Source: Malacoraja senta (lineage: Eukaryota). Taken from it: DNA of 64,000 nt. A model generated the notes under the pieces. That model did not search any database, was not told the DNA's origin, and saw only the letters and a list, made by a program, of their open reading frames with translations. The stretch lies in the NCBI GenBank assembly GCA_038087875.1, contig JAXLNO010002228.1:1-64000 (forward strand), given 5' to 3'. This document shows positions 26,490 through 39,789 of the stretch, piece by piece; the stretch's first letter is position 1; every line of letters begins with the position of its first letter. A program made the translations under genes and the position numbers.

Positions 26490-27010
26490 ACTGAATAAAA
26501 AAGTTGGGATGTTCTGCTACAGTTGTACAAGATGTTGGTGAGGTCACATTTGGAGTAATGTGTTAAGTTTTGGTCACTCCACTATCGGAAGGATGTCATT
26601 AACAGGGCCTGTGATTCAGGGAGAGGATGAGAATGCTTGGACTTTAGTCCTTGGCACGCAAGAGGCTGAGGGGTGATCTTATAGAAGTTTATAAAATCAA
26701 GGAGCATAGATAGATTGAATGCACGGAATCTTTTAACCAGCCTTGTGTAATCAAGAACCAGAGGACTTAGGTTTAAGGTGAGAAGGAAACGAGTTACTCG
26801 GAACCAGAGGAAGTGGAAATATGGAAGAACATTCCAGCGGAAGGAGTTGAGGCAGGTATTAAAAAACATTTAGAACACACTTGGACAGGTACATACTGTA
26901 GATAGGAAAGGTTCAGTGAGATATGGGTCAATTGCAGGTAAATTGTAGTTTAAACATGGCATCTTGGTTGACATGGCCAAGTTGAGGTGGCCATTTCCAT
27001 GCCGTATGAC
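26490..27010 (+). mobile_element. CR1 LINE 3' fragment, degenerate
   Basis: Similar to the CR1 3' ends at 59832-60989 (ggtgaggtcacatttggag..., gaaggatgtc..., aggtttaaggtgag). Confidence 0.75.
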
Positions 27011-28949
27011 TCTATGGCTCCGTGGGCTTGAAAAGCCAATTCTTTTCCGTTTCACTGCTACATGATAGTTAATCACCCTCACTAATAGTGACCACAATGG
27101 CAGACCCATGACCACGACTGGTTTACAGTGATAATAAGCTAACCATTGCCTCAGTTCAAATATGCATGTCGTTGATGTTCAATGACTAAATTGTTGCTGC
27201 ATTCTTAGTTTTGGCAAGGTTCTGATCTGGGTGCTGGAGCTGTTGGACATCTTGATACCATGAAAGCAGAACCTCCGTTTCAGGAAATATACTTGCTGAA
27301 TGGTGCCTCAGACCAGAAATGCCAGGGAACATTGTATTTTGAAGAGGAAATATTACACAACCAAGGCCAAGTGCTCGAGAAAGCTGCACGTCTGTTATTT
27401 CAATGAAAACTCTGCTCTTCATCCATCTTGTCATTTTGATCACCCAGTTTAGTTTATAATATTGTATAACATTTGCAATCAATTCTCACAGTTTATGACA
27501 TTTACAGCTGGTGTGAAGATGCATCAGTAAATACCTTCTGTCTTCCAATTTAGTTTATTTAATAGAAAGATAGAAACATAAAAAAATAGGTGCAGGAATA
27601 GGCTATTCGGCCCTTTGAGCCAGCACCGCCATTCAATACAATCATGGCTGATCATCCAAAATTAATACTCCGATCTGGCTGTTTCCCCATATCCCTTGAA
27701 TCCCTTAGCCCTAAGAGCTAAATCTAACTCTCTCTTGAAAACAGTGATACAGTGTGTAAACAGGCCATTTGTGCCACCAAATCCATACTAACCAGCAATC
27801 ACCCATTCATAATAGATTTCCCATCCACCCCCTACACTATCAGGGTGACTTACCGAGGATGATTACCTGCACACCTGCTCATCTTTGGGATATGGGAGGA
27901 AACCGGAGCTCCCTGAGGAAGCCCACATAGTCACAAGGAGAACATGCAAACTCCACGTAGACAGTACCCGAGGTCCAGATTGAACCTGGGTCTCTGGCGT
28001 TGTGAGGCAGCAGTTCTACCAGCTGCACTACCATGCTGCATTACGTACAAACTCTAAATCCTACACTGACTTTCCCTCCACTTGTTATATTCAACACAAT
28101 AACTCCTTTACACAGGAGGAAAGTGAACTGCAATTCATCACCAGAATATATCTTACAACAGTGTGATCACAGGCAAGAAATCAGTGATATAGATGACTTT
28201 GAATTTACACTAAAACCCTGATCATCCAGCTCTCTTGGGATTTGGGAAATGGTAGATTTTAAGGACTGCTGCATGTTACTCCAAACATACTTTAATTCAA
28301 CTAATTTAAGCACTTGTTGAGCAAGTCAGTGGTTGAGGTGCATCTGTACACTACTATCAGACTTAAGCGGAGGAATACCCATTGTAATTTGCCTGAAGAG
28401 TCTCGAACCAGATTGTCACCTATCCATGGTCTCCAGGGATGTTGCCTGACCTGCTGAGTTACTCTAGCACTGTCCCTCACAGTCTTTCCCAATCTTATAA
28501 ATCAAAAATAGTCAACATCTTTCTACATTATAAAGAGTCATGGAAATATGCAGCATACAAACATGGCCTTTGTCCCACTAACCTGCACCAACCATTCATG
28601 TACACTAATCCTATATTTGTCCCACATTCTCATCAGCTCTCCCCACATTGTATCATGCACAATCTAGGGGACAACTAACCTACCAAACCATGTTTTGGGG
28701 ATGTGGGAGGAAACCAGAGCACCTGGGGAAACCCACATGGTCACAGGAACAACATGCAAACTCTACAGATACAACAGCCGATGTCGGTATTTAATTCAGG
28801 TCTCTGGCTCTGTGCTGCCCTGTTTCACATTGTAGTCCACCTGTCATGTTGTTGCTCATTCATTCGACTTTCCACATTGAACCATTTCTCCCACTACTCA
28901 CATTCCCACTTAATTTTGAGTCATAGAAACATAGAGTCTTCCAGCAACA

Positions 28950-29260
28950 GCGGCCTTGGTGGCAGCTACTGAGTGCAGCAGTAGAGTTGCTGCCTTACAG
29001 CGCTTGCAGCACCGGAGACCCGGGTTCGATCCCGACTACTGATGCTGTCTGTACAGAGTTTGTACGTTCTCCCCATGACCGCGTGTGTTTTCTCCGAGAT
29101 CTAAGGTTTCCTCCCACACTCCAAAGACGTACAGGTATGTAGGTTAATTGGCTTGGTGTGCGTGTATAGGATAGTGTTAATGTGCGGGGATCGCTGGTCA
29201 GCGCAGACTCGGTGGGCCTAAGGACCTATTTCGTCACTGTATCTCTAAATTAAACTAAAC
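28950..29260 (+). mobile_element. tRNA-derived SINE (HE1/V-SINE-like); representative of roughly 15 or more copies in both orientations
   Basis: Head agagttgctgccttacagcg...gagacccgggttcgatccc (A/B-box-like), shared body gtacgttctccccatgacc and (taaac)n tail. Other copies near 8120, 8400, 27730, 28520, 29335, 34875, 37140, 46610, 50160, 51975, 52860, 53735, 54483, 55928, 63005. Confidence 0.85.
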
Positions 29261-29901
29261 AAAACTAGTAAATGTTAAACTGCAACCAATCTGCCTCGTA
29301 GCTGACTTGGATCATGAACAGTGCGAGCCCCCAACAGAGCAGCACAGTGTCACAACTCGTAGAGCTGCTGCCTCACAGCGACACAGACCCGGGTTCAATT
29401 TTGACCTTGAGTGCCATCTATGTGGAGTTTGCATGTTCTCCGTGTAACCGCATTGGATCCCTCCAGGGGCTCCGGTTTCCTCACACATCCTAAGATGTGT
29501 CAGTTTATAGTTTAATTGGCCACTGTAAATTGCCCCTAGTGGGTGGGTGACTGGATGAGAAGGTGCAATGAGATAGAATTCATGAGAACAGGTGGTTGGT
29601 GGTTGGCATGGACACGGTGGGCCGAAAGGACTGCTTCCATGCTGTACTTTTTAATGACTCATTGATATTTCTAGGATTTGGGGCAGTGAATCCATAATGT
29701 TTAACTTTTTTTTACACTGAATTCACAATTTTTAAATATCTGATTATCAGAAACATTTAACAACAGCACAAAGGCTAGTTGACAGTGGTGACTGTCGAGG
29801 CATTTCAGGTGTAGCTGCTGCCTTATCCTACTTGAGATCGATCATTTCTTCAAGCCCAATACCTTTACTAGCAACAGTGCATCACAATTTTTCCATCTTA
29901 C

Positions 29902-30009
29902 CTCTCCTCTTTTTTCTCCACCAAACAATTACTGCCAAGACAATAGCCAGAAATATCAGCACACACACGGCAATAAGGCCTATGTGCCTGTCTTTCTTCC
30001 TATTTCCTT
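29902..30009 (-). CDS. MHC class I-like connecting peptide/transmembrane exon
   Basis: 108-bp phase 1-1 exon between cttatttttcAG and GTaaga. Translates (E)GNRKKDRHIGLIAVCVLIFLAIVLAVIVWWRKKRR: hydrophobic span plus basic stop-transfer. Same strand and correct order downstream of alpha3. Not in the ORF track in this frame. Confidence 0.85.
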
Positions 30010-31103
30010 CTGAAAAATAAGAATGCATAATTTTACAAATCAATTGTTAAGCTGTGCAGCTAAATAGATGGGCACTGTCTGAAGACTTCAGAGTGAAGAA
30101 GGGTCTCGACCAGAAATGCCACCTATTCCTTTTCTCCAGAGATGCTACCTGACCGCTGAGTTACTCCAGCATTTTATGTCTATCTTTGGGGCTTTTCAAG
30201 GTATATAAGATGATATGGTGTTTTGAATCACGGAGTTCTGCAGCATGGCAAAGGGACAATATCTGTTCTGTACAACTCTATGATCTATGGCACCATCACA
30301 GCCACAACTTAATTCAAGAAAGAAGGTGAATTGAAAGCAGAAAGCTTTAACCCTATATAAACTAACATTTGTTTTGGGGAAAATGCTGGATTCCTTTCAA
30401 TAATGGCAGAACATTTAAGTAATAACAAAACAATAAAGTGCATTATCAGGGCATTAACAGGAAAATTGTAGAAAGAAAGAGATGCAGATACTGATTTACA
30501 CAAAAGCTTTAGTTTAGTTTATTGTCACATGTATTGAGGTACAGTGAAAAGCTTTTGTTACGTGCTAACCAGTCAGTGGAAAGAATATACATGATAGACA
30601 CAAAATGCTGGAGTAACTCAAGGGAACAGGCAGCATCTCTGGCGAACATGGATCCATCACCTATTCCTTTTCTCCAGAGATGCTGGCTGACCAGCTGAGT
30701 TATTCCAGCAATTTGTGTCCATCTTCGGTGTAAACCAGCATTTGCAGTTTCTTCTTACACATGGACAGGTGACGTTTCATTTTGGGACCCTTCTTCAAAC
30801 TTTGTTTGAGAAATTGATTAGAATTCTTTGAAAATGCAACAGGAACCCGTAGACAATGTATATTCGAGCAGCAGGTGTGAAAAGCCTAAAATTCATAAAC
30901 AAAATGATGGAAAAGCAGAATAGGTAACAAAATTCAAATGAGAAACAAAAGAAATACAATATATTGTAGAGATCCAAACGTCGTGAACAAATCAATGTTT
31001 TTAAAGAAATACAGTTTTGGCCCACTCGCGTTTAGTAAGGACTTGAGCAAAGTTCCTGCCGTTGTTATCGGGCACACCAGTTGACTGGCGATTAACTCAT
31101 CAC

Positions 31104-31710
31104 TAAAGGCTCTGTCTTACCTGTTTGCGGTCATCGGCGGTGAAGCGCGGCGTCGCCGGTAGCGAGGACCGCGCGGCAACGGCAAGAGCGTCGAGCCTAT
31201 CCAACTGAGCGCCGCACGGATGTTGCGCGGGGGCCGAGTTAATTTAAACACGGCGGGTCCCACGTGCTTGCGGTAAGTAAAAAAAGGGCGGGCCGACTGC
31301 GATGACGTCGGCCCGCCGCACGTGACTCACCCGCGGCGGCTGTGGCGGCTGCCGTCCAGATCGCGGCGCTGCAGCGGTGGCTGTGCCTGCGGCCGTGCAG
31401 CACACGTGCGTCACTGGCGGCGGCACGTGCCTCACTGGCGGAGGCTGTGGCTGAGGAGGCTTGACGCACGGCGCTCGAGCCAGACTGGCGGCGGCCCGTG
31501 CGAGCGGCCGTGCGCACTCGCGCATCACTGGTGGAGGTTGTGCGGTAAGTATTTTGTTTTGGACATTGTCGTTTTTATTTTAGCACCGCGCGTTGTTGGG
31601 AACACCGACGCACGGCCCGGGAATTGTACTTTCTCACGAGTGCGCGGTCTATGGCGGCAGATTCCTCCCGTTTCGCCGCCATAGACCGCAGACTCGTGAG
31701 ACAGGCCTTT
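31104..31710. mobile_element. CpG-rich PIF/Harbinger-like MITE in the alpha3-TM intron
   Basis: Termini taaaggc(t)ctgtcttac ... gtgagacaggccttta are near-inverted and resemble the TIR of the element at 47164. TAA/TTA-type flanks. No transposase. Confidence 0.65.
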
Positions 31711-32419
31711 AACTCCCACCAAAACCCTGTCACTCACGTGATAGTCCCAGCTCCCCTGACGAGGGTTCTAGCAATAAGTGGCCTGACCACCAGATGTCGC
31801 CACAATATCTGGATTTTCATAAGATATCTGATCAAGTGATGCAAAGGCACATGGCTTATGACATTGGGGGTAATAATTAGCATGAATGGAAAAACAATTA
31901 AGAGCAAGCAGAGAGTTGTCTTAAAGGAGTGTTCAGGTTGGGAAACTGCAACTGCAGGTTGGGAATCAATGCAAGAAAGTGAACTACTTATCGTTGGTAT
32001 TAAGAGCAGATGAAGGGACTGATGGCGCTGTAGCCTAGATTGCTGATGATACATAGATAGGTGGAAAATTAAGTTCTGGAGTATGTCAACAGCCTTCAGA
32101 GTGAAACATCAGATTCCTTATTTGTGCATTGTTCGAGGGAATCTTCAAAAGTGAACATTTGTGTAGGTTAGTGCAGCATACTTGGAATCAAACTACTACG
32201 ATCGCTGTTTGTCAGGCAGTTATATTTTTTGTTGCTGAATCTGTAACTTGTGTCAGGGAACTTACTTCATTAGGTTTTGTTTTATTAATGCCAGATGTTT
32301 CAAAATACAGAGCAAAGGTTTGTTTTGTATGCTATCCAAACAAATTATAAAACTATACATAAATACAAACTCAAAAACAATAGATAGAGCAAAGAGGAGG
32401 ATACAGAGTACAGAATATA

Positions 32420-32960
32420 GTTCTCAGCATTGTAACACATCAGTTCCATGGACAATGTTCAATGTTCAATGAGGTTGAGGTGAATCGGGCATTAAACCTA
32501 CATTATGGAAGGACCCTTCCGAAGCCTGTTAACAGGTGGAAAGGGGGTGTTCCTGAGTCTGGCAGTGCATATTTTCAACTTTCTGTACCTAATGCCTGAT
32601 GGGAGCAAGAAGGAGGAAGGTTGGGATAAGTCTCGTTTTCCAAGGCAACCTAGTGTAGATTGAGCCAATAGTGGGAAGTCTGGCCTGTGTGATGATCTTT
32701 AACTCTTTGTATATTCTTGCAGTCTTGGGCAGTGCAGTTCCCAAATCAAGATGTGATGCAACCCAACAACATGCTTTCTCTAGCGGCATCTATAGATGTT
32801 TGCTGGAGTCACCAGAGACATGATGAATATTCTCAGTCTCCTGAGGAAGTAGAGGTGTCGGTGTGCCTCCTTGGCTATGTGGTCAGTCCTTTACAGAATA
32901 TTGGATAAATTCATGCCAAGGAACATGAAGCTCTCAATCATTTCCACTTCGGACCATTGA
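32420..32960 (-). mobile_element. Rex1/Babar LINE 3' fragment, degenerate
   Basis: Reverse complement parallels the 62085-62990 Rex1 fragment (cctctacttcctcaggag, ctatagatgccgctagaga). Confidence 0.6.
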
Positions 32961-33304
32961 TTCAGATTGGGGCATGTACTCCCCCAGTGCCTTGCTGTTA
33001 ATCACATCATGAGGAAAGATTCATTTTTTATTTAAACATACCTTTCATAGATTTCAGTTCCACCACTGAGAATCTCAAATACTCCTTCCTTATATATTAG
33101 TTATTTATTTACTTTTGATAAATGTTCTGTTGACAAAGTCTTCTGCTCTTGTGGAGAGTGGGTGCTGATTACGTGATTGCTTAGAGCAACACCACTAAAC
33201 AAAGAAAGTTTAAGCATCTTGGAATATGGGATGTATTCATGATGATTAAAATGGAAACAACAGAAGATAATGATTATCTATGAAAGAATATTTAACGTTC
33301 TTAC

Positions 33305-33571
33305 CCCAGATGATGGTCTTCCCACCGGGCAGGCTGCTGTGATCGACATGACAGGAATACTGTTTCCCATCATACGGATCATACTCAAGGACAGACCTTA
33401 GATGATATGTTCCATCGTTGTTGGGTATGACCCCAGAAGATTTGGTCTCAGAGACATGTTGACCATTCTGCAACCAGCTGACATTGATGGCCGGTGGGTA
33501 AAATCCAAACACAGTGCAGTACAGGACTGAATGATCATCAGGGCGGGCAGCGAGAGTGACCTCAGGGGAAA
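33305..33571 (-). CDS. MHC class I-like heavy chain, alpha3 (IgC1) exon
   Basis: 267-bp phase 1-1 exon between actgtcttgtAG and GTaag. Translates (V)SPEVTLAARPDDHSVLYCTVFGFYPPAINVSWLQNG...VIPNNDGTYHLRSVLEY...YSCHVDHSSLPGGKTIIW. Has IgC1 Cys/Trp/Cys, GFYP and the class I-type PN.DGT motif (class II beta has NGDW). Confidence 0.93.
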
Positions 33572-36500
33572 CTACAAGACAGTAAGATGGTTATTTTCAT
33601 CTTCAGTAAAACTTGCACAGTCACCCACCACAAAATATTCTTCAGTCCACTACAACAACCAAGTTACTGTCCACATCTGCCCCATTTTGCCTCTTTCGGC
33701 ACCATCAACCAACCACGTGGTTTAAAAGGGATCGCACGCTCCCTGTTAAGACAGTACACAAGAAAGTTTGAAAGTACGTACCATTAAATTCAGGAACAGC
33801 TACTTCCCCACTGTTATTGGACTACTGAATGGTTCTCATGTAAGATAAGATGTTGCCCTGATCTTCCAACCAATCTCATTGTGATCCTTGCAACTCTTTT
33901 TGATCTGCACTTTCTCTGTAACTGTAATGCTATGATATTGTAACCCGATATTCTGCACTCTGAGAATTTTTCTCTTTGCACTGTTCTACTTGTGGATGGC
34001 TTGATTGCACATGTGTAGTATGATCTGATTGGATAACACACAGACAAACTTTTGACTATATCACAGTTCATGTGACAATAATAAACTAATACCATCGGCA
34101 AATCTTTTCACTAGGGCATATTATTGACAATAATAAATAATTGACAAGTTACGAAATGAGGGTCAATTGGGGAGGGGACAAGCTTAAAATTGGCAGTATT
34201 TTCACTCCTCTTCAATAAGAGATAAAAGAGACCAGTCATTTGTTTACAAAATCTCTTTTTGCAGAGTGTGGTCATTCTCTGGCGCCAGAGATTTGTGAAG
34301 ACAAAATCATTGGAAGCATTTAATGTGGCGGTAGTTAACTTAATTAAACTTAAATTGGAGAACTGAGTGCAATGAGGAACTGATATCGAACAGGAGTTGA
34401 TGCCTGAGGAACGTCAGCCATGGTCATATTGAATGGTGGGCAGGTTAGAGGACCAAATGGCTTACTCGGAAACTTAATAACCGAGGAGAAAATCAGGCTT
34501 CTGAATGATCGTTCCATAAGCCAGGGTACTGTCCAATTGACCACTACCCCATTAAAGACAGTGGACTTTGTTTATAGAACTATGTAGGGAGGAACTGTAG
34601 ATGCTGGTTTAAACCGCAGATAGACACAAAATGCTAGAGTAACTCAACGGGTCAGGCAGCATCTCTGGAGAGAAGGAATGTGTCACGTTTCGTGTCGAAA
34701 CACTTATCTAATGGAACTGCTGTGCTACATTGCTGAGAACTACATGCCACACTCTGTACCTTCCCCTTTGCTCTACCTACAGTACTTGAGTTTGATGATC
34801 ATATATATGTATTTTGTTACCTCATCCAATTGGATAGCATGCAAAACAAAGCTTTACACTCTACCTCAGTACATGGGCAGCACAGTGGCGCAGAGGGAAA
34901 GTTGCTGCCTTACAGTACCACAGACCAAAGTTCAATCCTGACAATGGGTGCTGTCTATATAGAGTTCATACATTCTCCCTGTGACCATGTGAGTTATCTC
35001 CGGGTGCTACAGTTCCGTCACATTCAAAGACGTGCAGGTTTGTAAGTTTTTTGGCTTCTGTAAATTGTCCCTAGTGTGTAGGATAGAACTAATATTTGGG
35101 TGGTCGTTAGTCAGCACAGGTTCAGTGGGCCAAAAGGCCTATTTTCATGCTGTACCTCGAAACTAAACGTGACAATAATAAACCGAAACTTATCCCTGTG
35201 CCTATCTGTAGATTAGTGTCACTCATACTGTGGCTCCGCCCACAGGCTTATTAGACAGCTCTCTCTCTCTCTGGTAGACTGGTAGTAAGCATGCTGAGAA
35301 GAAAGCACCTTGTGTTTCCTCTGCAGAGTTACTAATAAAAGACTATGGATTCTAACCACTATGTGTGAGTTTGATCATTCTTCCAACACTATCTCTTGTG
35401 TTGTTACGTCTCTGGAACTAAGTGGTAGCTGCGCTTAACTGCTGTAGCATAACTGTTTAAGCTGAACAATTCATGAAAAAAGTCTAAAAAGGATAAAAAA
35501 CAAGTGATTCCAGCATGTTGAAAGATAATTGGGACTGATACGTAATGGGTGGCACTGCGACACAGTTCCAGTGACGAGGGTTTGATCACAATCTTGAAAC
35601 AGAAAAACTTAAACTGAGGCAGGCGCCTCTACTTCATCAATCCAGTGCTGTTATGACACTGGGCCTTAACATGAGAAAATGTGAAATTGGGTATTTCCTT
35701 AGGGCAAAATCAGACTTCTCAGAGACTTGGAAGCTGCAAGATAGTCCTGGAATGTGGTGGATCTCTGCGTGCTGTTCCAGAAGAGGACGAATTGTACTTA
35801 TGTACAGTATGACTTGACTGGGGAGAATGCAGAACAACCATTTCACTGCAGACAGACACAAAAAGCTGGAGTAACTCAGCGGGACAGGCAGCATCTCTGG
35901 AGAGAAGGGACGGGGTGTCCAGCATCTGCTGTTCCATCCAAACCATTTCACTGCATCTCTGCATGCATGAAACTAAACAGAGTTATATAAAATGCAGCAC
36001 ATACTGCAGTACTCAAGTAGGTCAGGCTGTCCTGATTTTGCAGGTGGATAACTTTACTGTAATTTTAAAAAAACACAAAAATGTGCAGGTGTAACTCAGT
36101 GGCTCAGGCAGCATCTGGAAGACATGGTTACGTAATGTTTCAGCTTGGTGTCCTTCTTCATACTTCTTGCATCTGTTCTTTCTGACTTCAACTTAACAGT
36201 TGAAAAGGACCGTCGTGAGCCCCACCACGGGGCGTGGACTTACCATCGGAGCGGATCCCTTGCCTGGGATCGCTCCCAACGCGGCCTGCGAACTTACCAT
36301 CAAGGGCTCCCAGTCTCGGGAGAGGCTAGTCGGGAGCTCCAACGCCACAGAAGGTTCGTCCAGCCCCGACGCGAGGTTCGATCGCCCGGCGCAGGGGAGC
36401 TGACAATCCCCCCGAAATGACCAGTTCTTTTATCGACAGGGAATACAACTTGTTGAACGTGGAATTGAGTGTGAAAGGCTGCAACATGTCAAGGTAGAAG

Positions 36501-37739
36501 CTGAGTTGTTGGTCCTCAAGGTTACTTTCACCCTTGTTATCCTAGTGTAAGAGGTACAGATGGATGGATCATGGTGGGTGTTGAATGGAGAATTAAAGTG
36601 GCAGGAATTAGGAATCTTAGAAAGTCCCAGGAATTAGGAATCTTAGAAAGTCCCATGGATTGAATGCGGGTTCTCCAGAACGCAGCCACTCAATTTGTTT
36701 CATTGATGCGATGTGGAAGATTACGTCATGAAAACCAAATGCAGTAGATTTGACTGGAAGTGCAAGTGTTTCACGCTGTTTCACTTTGAAGAACTGCCTG
36801 GGTCTATGGACAGTAGGAAGGGAAGAGGTAAATGGATAGATGTTGCATGCACCAAGACAGGAAAGTAGAGGAAAGTTGTGGGGATAGTAGACAGACCAGG
36901 GAGCGAAAAAGGGAATGACTACTTCAAGATATAGAATGGGGATCAGGGCAGGAGGGGGGGGGGAGAAATGGATTGACTAATTGAATCAGATTTAAACTGG
37001 GAGTAAGTATTCAACATGGAGGCTGGAGGAGTGAAAAACTCTGCCCTGTCCAATGAGAATATATAGAACATAGAACAGTACAAGAACAGGACTTTCAGCC
37101 TGCAATGTCCATGTCGAACAGGATACCAAGTTAAACTAAGGCAACACAGTGGCACAGTGATAGAATGGCTGTCTTACAGCATTAGAGACCCGGGTTCGAT
37201 CCTGACTAGAGTGCTGTCTGGACGGAGTTTGTACGTTCTCTCTGTCACCCTGTGGGTTTTCTCTGGGGGCTACGGTTTCCTCCCAAATACAAAAGACGTG
37301 CAGGTTTGTAGGTTAATTGGCTTCTGTAAATTGTCCCTAGCTTGTAGGACAAAAATAGTGAATGGGCAATTGCTGGTCAGTGCAGACTCAGTGGCCCAAA
37401 GATCCTGTTTCCATACTCTATCTCTAAACTAAACCAAAACTGATTTCCACTGCCTGCATGTGATCCATATCCTTGTATTCGCTGCACATTCACAAGCCTG
37501 TCCAAAACCTTCTTAAGCACCATTATCATGTCTTCCTCTACCACCACTCCTGGTAGCGCATTCTAGGTATCAAGCTCTCTCTGTGCAAAAAAACACTTGA
37601 CCTGCACAACTCGTGTAAATTTTGCCCTTCGAAGCTTAATGCTGTGCTCTTTTGAGATGTGTGATAGACATGCAATCCCATTAGGGGCTGTCAACTGTGG
37701 TCAAGAAAATCCATGGTTAACTAATATGAAATACATCAA

Positions 37740-38010
37740 TTACACTTTCTCCCTGTCAAACAGGGATGTAATGCTGAGGTTCTATAAGGCGCCGGTCAGG
37801 CCACATTTGGAGCATTGTGAGCAATTTTGGGCACCATATCTGAGGAAGGATGTGCTGGCTCTGGAGAGTGTCCAGAGGAGGTGTACAAGAATGATCCCAG
37901 GAATGAATGGGTTAACATATGATGACCATTTGATGGCAGTGGGCCTGTACTCGCTGGAGTTTAGAAGAATAAGGGGGGACCTCATTGAGTCATACAAAAT
38001 AGTGAAAGAC
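37740..38010 (+). mobile_element. CR1 RT 3' fragment
   Basis: YKAPVRPHLEHCEQFWAPYLRKDVLALESVQRR.TRMIPG. Confidence 0.8.
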
Positions 38011-38014
38011 TGTT

Positions 38015-39440
38015 TGCCTTTTGAAATTGGTTCGATTATGTTTGCTCCCACAAAATTGCATTAAAAAACCTATAGTGAAAATTCTATAATATATAGTGGT
38101 ATACGAATTTGGAAACAATTAAAAAAGACTTTAAAATTGGATAATTTATCACTCTGTCTCCCCATTATAAACAACCCTTTATTCAAACCCTCCATGTTGG
38201 ATAAAGGCTTTACACAATGGAAAAATTAAGGAATTAAAAAGATGGGACATCTTTATAGGAAAGGCACTTTTCTTTAATTTCAGGGGTTACAACAGATTTA
38301 CGGACCACACTCAAATAACTTTTTCAGATATTTACAAATTAGAGATTACATTAAATCAAATACACAAGATTACAGAACTAGGGAACCAGAAATCCTTGAT
38401 GAATGTTTGAATAAACATCCTAATAACATCAACAGGGGGCGCCGTCGAATATGGCTGCCCCGCCAGCAGCTGTTAGTTTTTTCACTCTTTTTTTAATTTT
38501 TAGTTAGTTGAGAGTGTTGGTTGGAGATCTTTTAGTCTTTTTATGTGGGGGGGGGGTAGGGGGAAGGGGGAAACTATTCTTCTCAGTCCCTACCTGGTCG
38601 GAGATGCGGCTTTTCTCCGAGCCGTATCTTCGCCCCTTCCTCGCGGCCTACGGGCAGGCTGGAGCGGCGTTTTCCTGCCGGGACCGGCCAGGACTTCAGC
38701 TTCGGCGGCGGCACAGCGCTGAAGCACCATCGCGGAGTGGGCGATGCCTAACCCGGGTCGCCGTGCAGTAAGCTCCGGAGTGCTGTGACGGCCGGCACTA
38801 ACATCGCAGAGCTGCGGTCTGCGGTCAGTGGAGCTTCCAGCGGCGCTGAGCTTGGAACACCGCGGAGCCTGGGATCTGACGACGAGGTCGACAGAGTCGG
38901 GGCATCGACCAGCGCGGCTCGTGGACTTCGGGAGCCGCGGTCTACTGGGAGGAGGCAGCCGCTCCAGACACTCCGGGCCGCTGAGAGTGTTCACCCGACG
39001 CTGGAGCTTCATCATCCGGTGAGAGGGCCTGAGGCATCGGGCTGCCGTAGCGGCGACTGCAGAGGCCTCAATAGGCCCCGACTATGGGTGAACTGGGGAT
39101 GGGACTGGACTTTGCTGCCTTCGCCCACAGTGGGAACCATTGTGGGGGGATGTTTTTATGTTTACTGTTAAATTCTTTGTTGTAATCTTTATTTGTGTGC
39201 TGCATGGCAAGTCAAATTCCTATCAACTCAGTTGACATGGCAATAAACTTCTTGAATCTTGAATCTTGAATCTTAATACAGAAAAATTAATATCTCATAT
39301 TTATAATACCCTCTTAGATAGTGAGGTCCCGCCGACGGATTTATATAGACACACATGGGAAAATGAATTAGGCCAACCCATAACGAAAGATATTTGGGAC
39401 GAAAGTCTACAATATATACATCAATGCTCGTTAAATGCCA
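38015..39440 (+). mobile_element. L1 ORF2 fragment of the same family as 14081-20563, split by an insertion at ~38429-39272
   Basis: DCLPFEIGSIMFAPTKL, NNPLFKPSMLDKGFTQW, then NTEKLISHIYNTLLDSEVPPTDLYRHTWENEL. All are close matches to the 14430-15560 translation. Confidence 0.85.
38429..39272 (+). mobile_element. Non-autonomous retroelement with GC-rich head and (TTGAATC)n tail
   Basis: Interrupts the L1 fragment with a taata(a)ca duplication. 3' module gccttc..cacagtg...ggatgttt...caataaa is shared with 24574, 40735 and 43800. Confidence 0.7.
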
Positions 39441-39444
39441 GACA

Positions 39445-39630
39445 TGCCTGTTTGCTGGCATGCGTCTTCCACCCATGGAAGACTTGACCCAGGATGGCCA
39501 TTCAAGACGATGTTGAAGACGTTGATGGAAGACGCATGTGTAGAGACAAAAGAGGAGCTTGCCAGCTGCATGGAGGACAGAGATGTGTGGTGCGTCCATC
39601 ACCGTGCCCGTTGGAAACCAGCACGGCACT
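39445..39630 (+). mobile_element. Probable RTE-clade LINE 3' end fragment
   Basis: TLMEDACVETKEELASCMEDRDVW resembles RTE ORF C-termini. Confidence 0.5.
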
Positions 39631-39789
39631 AATGTTTTCAACGATTATTATTATCATCCACTACACCCCTCTGTCCTGGGGATTTATCCACATTTCTCTT
39701 CAAGTGATCCAACATCTCCTTCTTACTTAACTTCAAAGTGTCCCTGCATGTTAGCATTCTCCACATTGATTCTCCATGTGTAAGAAAGA

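Noticed and set aside
28950-29030. tRNA genes
   Set aside because: The A/B-box-like heads continue into SINE bodies and no complete cloverleaf is evident.
31121-31134. Minus-strand first exon ATG ACC GCA AAC AG|gtaag of a separate gene at a CpG island
   Set aside because: The donor lies within the MITE terminal inverted repeat, and the putative next exon (~30800-30885) runs into a repeat and stops.
33572-33745. Possible decayed alpha2 remnant just upstream of alpha3 (one frame has W-14-W-12-Y and Cys spacing; AG at 33743 and GT at 33628)
   Set aside because: In-frame stops in every frame, no DG.DF or C..WL motif, and it would leave essentially no intron. Probably chance, but worth including in the tblastn check.
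36602-36654. 26-bp tandem duplication caggaattaggaatcttagaaagtcc
   Set aside because: A simple local duplication inside a decayed Penelope fragment.
38508-39171. GC-rich overlapping ORFs (also 31239-31737, 47056-47658) as host genes
   Set aside because: They lie within repeats with TE boundaries. GC-rich DNA lacks stop codons, and I recognise no domain.
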